Shown: positions 58,579-64,000 of the stretch, piece after piece
Numbering within the stretch: the stretch's first letter is position 1
How the letters are laid out: each line of letters starts with the position of its first letter
Assembly (NCBI GenBank): GCA_024231215.1
Contig: JAAEQR010000195.1
Location: 14,755 to 78,754, forward strand
DNA length: 64,000 nt
Source: PVC group bacterium
Lineage (GTDB): Bacteria; Omnitrophota; Gorgyraeia; B26-G9
Direction: 5' to 3'
Translations under genes and position numbers: made by a program
Notes under the pieces: model-generated
Told to the model about the DNA's origin: nothing
The model's database searches: none
What the model saw: only the letters and a program-made list of their open reading frames with translations

Positions 58579-59292
58579 ATGATTGCGATAGTTCAACATA
58601 TAGCCATAGAAGGCCTGGGAGAGCTGGAAGCCTTATTAAAAAGATCCGGGTATGAAGTCGGGATTATCAAGTGTTTTAATAACGAGATATTCCCAGATGA
58701 TCTGGGGAATATCGAAGCGGTAATTACGCTTGGCGGGCCAATGAATGTATACGAAGAGCAGAGGTATCCGTTTTTAAAAGAAGAACAGAAGTTCTTAAAA
58801 AAGGTTATGAGATATCAAATTCCTTTGCTTGGTATTTGTCTGGGGGCGCAGCTTATAGCCAAGGCATGTGGAGCACAAGTAACAAAGGCTTCTCAGCCTG
58901 AGATTGGTTGGTATCCGGTTCGTTTGACAGAAGAAGGTAAATACGATTCTTTTTTTGCGCATATAGGTAAAAAAATCGATGTCTTTCAATGGCATGAAGA
59001 TACATTCGAGTTGCCGGAAGATGCTGTGCTTCTGGCTACATCTGATAGGTGTATTAACCAGGCTTTCCGGATCGGTAGTAATGTATATGGTTTGCAGTTT
59101 CATTTTGAAGTAACGGATCAGGAGATTAAAGAATGGTCAGGGTGCTATTTGGATAGCTTTGATCCTCAAACGAGGACTCGGACACAGAAAATGTTGACCC
59201 AATACGAAAAGATAAAATCTGAGGTTGCACACTATAAAATATTATTTGTGTATAATTTTTTAAAAGTCATAAAAGAGGTAGTTAGGGTTTAA
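58579..59292 (+). CDS. Class I glutamine amidotransferase (GATase1) family protein
   Basis: Catalytic Cys in LLGICLGAQLIA; His/Glu region FQWHEDTFELPE...HFE. Confidence 0.7.
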   Translation: MIAIVQHIAIEGLGELEALLKRSGYEVGIIKCFNNEIFPDDLGNIEAVITLGGPMNVYEEQRYPFLKEEQKFLKKVMRYQIPLLGICLGAQLIAKACGAQVTKASQPEIGWYPVRLTEEGKYDSFFAHIGKKIDVFQWHEDTFELPEDAVLLATSDRCINQAFRIGSNVYGLQFHFEVTDQEIKEWSGCYLDSFDPQTRTRTQKMLTQYEKIKSEVAHYKILFVYNFLKVIKEVVRV

Positions 59293-59372
59293 AAAATTTT
59301 AAATAAGTGTGCTTAAAAAATAGGCATTAATTAATATATATATATAACTATAATTATATTAAGGAGATAGAA

Positions 59373-59630
59373 ATGGATAAGGGAGATAGGGAAGAGGTTT
59401 TTAGAGAGCGTGTAAAAGCGGCAGAACGCTTTTTTCTTGAAAAAAAGACAGGAGCGTTGTATAAACATATCCTTGAGATTGTAGAAAAGCCTTTGATAGA
59501 AATGGTTTTAGAGAAGACTGACGGCAACCAAAAGAAGGCAGCTGCAGTGCTTGGCATTAATAGAAATACCCTACACACAAAGATTAAAAAGCTGGGGGTT
59601 GATGTAAATAAATTTAAGTTTAATTATTAA
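59373..59630 (+). CDS. Small Fis-family DNA-binding protein (HTH_8)
   Basis: C-terminal DGNQKKAAAVLGINRNTLHTKIKKLGV is a typical Fis/NtrC-type HTH; 85 aa. It sits immediately upstream of gltB. Confidence 0.65.
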   Translation: MDKGDREEVFRERVKAAERFFLEKKTGALYKHILEIVEKPLIEMVLEKTDGNQKKAAAVLGINRNTLHTKIKKLGVDVNKFKFNY

Positions 59631-59674
59631 TAGTATAAAGATATAATATAAAGAAGCAATGAGAGGATATATAA

Positions 59675-62600
59675 GTATGGGGTTTTCACGTTTTCCAAAA
59701 AAACAAGGGTTATATGACCCTCAATTTGAAAAAGATTCCTGTGGTGTTGGGTTTGTCTGTAATATAAAAGGCAAAAAAAGTAATACCATTGTTAAAGACG
59801 GACTAGCTGTATTAAACCGCTTGGCGCACCGGGGTGCCGTAGGTGCAGATCCGAAAACAGGTGACGGAGCTGGTATTCTGATGCAGACTCCGCATGAATT
59901 TTTTAAATCTATAGCAGAGCAGATAAAAATAGAATTACCGGATTTTGGCAATTATGGGAGTGGTATTGTATTTTTGCCTACAGATGAAAAAGAACGTGAG
60001 CTTTGTAAAGATGTTTTTGTGAAAGTAATAAGAGAAGAAGAGCAGGTATTATTGGGCTGGCGTGATGTGCCGGTGGATAATTCTGAGATTGGCAAGGCTG
60101 CACAGGAGACACAGCCGAGGATTGAGCAGATATTCATCAAAAAGAACGAAAATATAAAAGATGCTTTGGATTTTGAACGGATTTTATACGTTATCCGCAA
60201 AAGAGTGGAAAACGAAATTAATACTTCTGATATAAAACAGAAATCATTCTTTTATATTACAAATATTTCCTATCGAACATTTAGTTATAAAGGGTTATTA
60301 ATGCCGCATCAGGTAGAGAGCTTTTTCCTGGATCTTCAGGATGAGCGTCTAGAGAGTGCAATTGCCCTTGTACATTCCAGATATAGTACTAATACTTTTC
60401 CGACCTGGGATTTAGCCCAGCCGTTTCGCTTCCTGGCGCATAACGGAGAGATCAATACATTGCGCGGTAATATTAACTGGATGAGGGCAAAGCAGGGACT
60501 TTTGCAGAGCTCTTTATTCGGAGATAAGATCGATGCAGTTAAGCCGGTTATTCTTCCTGATGGTAGTGACTCCGCGGCCTTAGATAATGTATTAGAGCTT
60601 TTAGTTCTTTCCGGAAGATCTTTGCCGCATGTAATGTCAATGCTGATTCCATCGGCTTGGGAGCAGAATAATATGATGAAAGATAAACTGCGTGATTTTT
60701 ATAAATATCATACTTGTTTGATGGAGCCTTGGGATGGTCCGGCGGCAGTTGCTGTTACGGACGGGGTAAGGATAAGCGCGGCATTAGACCGGAATGGTTT
60801 GCGTCCGGCACGATATATAGTGACCAAAGATGATTGTGTGGTTATGGGATCTGAAGTAGGAGTATTGGATATCCCGGATAATAATATTTTAGTCTCGGGT
60901 AGATTAGAGCCGGGCAAGATGTTTTATATTGATACTGAAGAAGGCAGGATTGTGCATGATCAGGAGGTAAAAGAAAAGCTGGCTACGGCAAAACCTTATG
61001 ATCAGTGGCTTAAAGATGAATTGATTGATTTAGAAGATGTGAAAGACGGCAAGGTTAGTCCGGAGAGTAAGCAATCTTTATTAAAGAGACAGACAATATT
61101 TGGTTATAGCCGGGAAGATTTGAGAATGTTGATCAAGCCTATGGCTGAGAATGGCCAGGAGCCGACCGGTTCGATGGGGAATGATACTCCTCATGCTGTT
61201 TTATCTCAGCGGCCGCAATTACTTTATAATTATTTTCGGCAGTTATTTGCTCAGGTTACAAATCCGGCAATTGATCCGATCCGGGAAGAAATAGTAATGA
61301 GTTTGGAATGTTATATGGGAGGTCGCCGGAATCTTTTAGATGAGATCCCGAAGCACTGTCATAAAGTGAGATTAGAAAATCCAATACTGACGAATGAACA
61401 ATTAGCCAAAATTAGAGATATTGATGAAAAAGGGTTTAAAACCAAGACGATATCGTTGCTTTTTGAAGTGGGAAAAGAAAATTCTTTTATGCAGGCATTG
61501 GATGATATTTGCAAGCAGGCAAGACAAGCTATAGATGAAGGGTATACTTTTATTATTCTGAGTGATCGGGGTGTAGATCAGAAGTATGCGGCATTACCGG
61601 CGCTTTTAGCTACTGGTGCGGTGCATCAGCATTTGGTAAAAGATGGTTCGCGTTCTCAGATTGCTTTGATTATTGAAAGTGGGGAGCCAAGAGAAGTGCA
61701 TCATTTCGCTGTACTGTTTGGGTTTGGTGCAGGCTGTGTGAATCCTTATCTTGCTTATGAGACGATTGATGATTTGATTGGTGAAGAGCAGATAGATCAT
61801 GATTTTAAAATCGCGCAGAAGAATTATATTAAAGCATTGAATAAAGGCATAAAGAAAATACTTTCTAAAATGGGTATCTCTACTTTGCAGGGATATCGCG
61901 GGGCTCAGATATTTGAAGCGTTAGGTTTAAATGATCAGGTTATAGAGCATTGCTTTAGCGGGACGATCTCTCGTATTAACGGTGCTGGGTTTGATGTGCT
62001 TGAACGGGAAACGATTATGCGGTATCAGGAAGCATACCCTGTGAGAGATTCTGAATCAAAGCATCTTGCCAGTGGTGGTGTTTATCAATGGCGTAAGGAC
62101 GGAGAATTTCATCTTTGGAATCCGGAGAGTATTGCGTTATTGCAGGATGCTACCCGGACTAATGATTATGATAAATATAAACAGTTTGCTGTGTGTATTA
62201 ATGATCAATCAAAAAACCCAACGACTTTGCGAAGTTTATTTAAGTTAAAAAAAGGAAAGGTTATTTCTATAGATGAAGTTGAACCAATAGAAGAGATATT
62301 TAAACGTTTTGCTACCGGTGCAATGAGCTTTGGTTCAATTAGCAAGGAAACTCATGAATCTTTGGCAATTGCGATGAATCGTATTGGCGGACGTTCTAAT
62401 ACCGGAGAGGGAGGAGAAGATACACAGCGTTTTATTCCTTTGCCTACGGGTGATTCACGGCGTAGTGCAATCAAGCAGATTGCTTCCGGAAGATTCGGTG
62501 TAACTACAAATTATTTGGTGAATGCAGATGAATTACAGATCAAGGTCGCGCAGGGCGCAAAGCCGGGTGAAGGTGGACAGCTGCCCGGACATAAGGTGAG

Positions 62601-64000
62601 TGCGATTATTGCCAAGACTCGTTATACTACGCCGGGGGTAACATTGATTTCTCCGCCGCCGCATCATGATATCTATTCGATTGAAGATCTGGCACAATTG
62701 ATATTTGATTTGAAAAATGTAAATTTGCGAGCGCGGGTTAGTGTAAAACTTGTTTCCGAAGTTGGTGTGGGGACTATTGCCGCGGGAGTAGCTAAAGGAT
62801 ATGCGGATATGATTTTGATTTCCGGTGGGGACGGCGGGACCGGAGCATCGCCATTGAGTTCTTTGCGTCATGCCGGACTGCCTTGGGAATTAGGGCTTTC
62901 TGAAACTCATCAGACTTTGGTGTTAAATGATTTAAGAAGCCGAGTGCGGTTGCAGACAGACGGGCAGATGCGTACGGGACGTGATATCGCGATTGCGGCA
63001 ATGTTAGGTGCTGAAGAGTACGGGTTTTGTACTGCGGCTTTAGTTATTTTAGGATGTATTATGCTTAGGCATTGCCATTTGAATAATTGTTCAGCCGGGG
63101 TCGCGACACAAGATGAAATATTGAGAAAACGGTTTAGGGGAAGGCCGGAATATGTAGTGAACTTCTTCCATTTTGTAGCCCAGGAATTAAGGGAGATCAT
63201 GGCCAAATTAGGGGTTCGTACAATTGATGAAATGATCGGCCGGACTGATTTATTGGAAGTAGATGAAGAAAACATTCCCTGGAAAGCAAAAGAGATTGAT
63301 TATTCACGGATTCTTTACCGGCCTCAAGCAGATAAAGAGGTTGGTGTATATTGTCAACGTAAACAGGAACATAAAATAGAAGATATTTTAGATCGTAAGC
63401 TGATTGATTTGGCAAAACCGGCGTTGGAAAGAGCCGAGGCAATTAAAGAAGAATTAACTATTCAGAATTTCGATCGTACTACCGGAGCAATGTTAAGCGG
63501 TGAAGTCATCAGGCATCACGGGGAAAGCGGGCTTTTAGAGGATACAATTCATTTTAAGTTCAAAGGAGTAGCCGGACAGAGCTTTGGAGCCTGGCTGATG
63601 AAAGGAATAACTTTTGAGCTGGAAGGATTAGCTAACGATTATATCGGAAAAGGTATTTTTGGCGGTAAGATAATTGTCTATCCGGGTAAAAAGAGTACTT
63701 ATGCTGCCGAGGAGAATAGTTTGATCGGAAATACTACTTTTTATGGGGCTATTTTCGGAGAAGCGTATATTCGCGGTTTAGCCGGAGAGCGTTTTTGTAT
63801 TCGCAATTCCGGATTGTACACGGTGGTAGAAGGTGTGGGTGATCATGGTTGTGAATATATGACTGGCGGTCGTGTGGTAATTCTCGGAAAGACCGGCCGG
63901 AATTTTGCAGCAGGTATGAGCGGTGGGATTGCGTATGTATATAATGAAGACGGAAATTTCAAGCAAAGATGTAATATGAGCATGGTGAATTTAGAAGAGC
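59675..64000 (+). CDS. gltB: Glutamate synthase large subunit, 5' portion (runs off the window end; not in the ORF track)
   Basis: One uninterrupted + frame from the ATG at 59675 (alternative 59657) to the window end. It has the N-terminal Ntn glutaminase ([16 protein letters not shown]), the FMN domain ([16 protein letters not shown]...[11 protein letters not shown]) and the GXGXG domain. Minus-strand ORFs listed here are antisense artefacts. Confidence 0.9.

Noticed and set aside
56424-63966. Numerous 60-120 aa minus-strand ORFs listed over glnN and gltB
   Set aside because: All lie antisense within long, strongly conserved + strand genes (GSIII, GOGAT). They are typical shadow ORFs.

Overview
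This is a 64 kb, AT-rich (roughly 35-40% GC) bacterial chromosomal segment. It is densely coded, mostly on the + strand, and consists largely of housekeeping genes. There are no CRISPR arrays, rRNA genes, transposases or integrases.

Recognisable content, in order:
- folP (3' end), then a cdaA-cdaR-glmM c-di-AMP operon, then pdxJ, acpS and an NAD(P)H-hydrate dehydratase.
- A three-tRNA cluster (Thr-UGU, Tyr-GUA, Gly-UCC, all with encoded CCA).
- A minus-strand operon: ferredoxin-nitroreductase, carbamoyltransferase, an SxtJ-like membrane protein and a 52-aa DUF5989 protein. The last was missed by the ORF track.
- fliW-csrA, and a stand-alone divergent SecY-like translocase homolog with a C-terminal extension.
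- kdsB, pyrE, and a PAS-only protein bracketed by a small family of GC-rich hairpin repeats.
- A mini beta-carbonic-anhydrase-like protein, a D-Ala-D-Ala carboxypeptidase and an internally deleted endonuclease III remnant.
- Rhomboid protease, CcdA, CheC-like protein, Nudix hydrolase, bifunctional nuclease (DUF151), CCA-adding enzyme, PflX-like radical SAM protein, purH, folC, mnmE, aroK, dprA-comFB and cheR.
- A system II cytochrome c biogenesis pair (resB and ccsA) interrupted by an FMN-binding protein, a DnaJ-membrane protein and sirC.
- A heme operon (hemA, hemC, cobA-hemD, an Ahb/NirJ-type radical SAM protein) with an embedded response regulator carrying an HD-GYP domain.
- trkA, HAMP/PAS and TPR-SpoIID proteins, and a fused MFS-spermidine synthase.
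- rpmB, trxA, a nitrogen assimilation block (type III glutamine synthetase glnN, a Fis-like regulator, the 5' part of gltB) and a second shikimate-kinase-like gene.

The most interesting items are the carbamoyltransferase/SxtJ/DUF5989 operon, the SecY paralog with a DUF2007-like tail, two small families of conserved hairpin or leader motifs, and the decayed nth gene.
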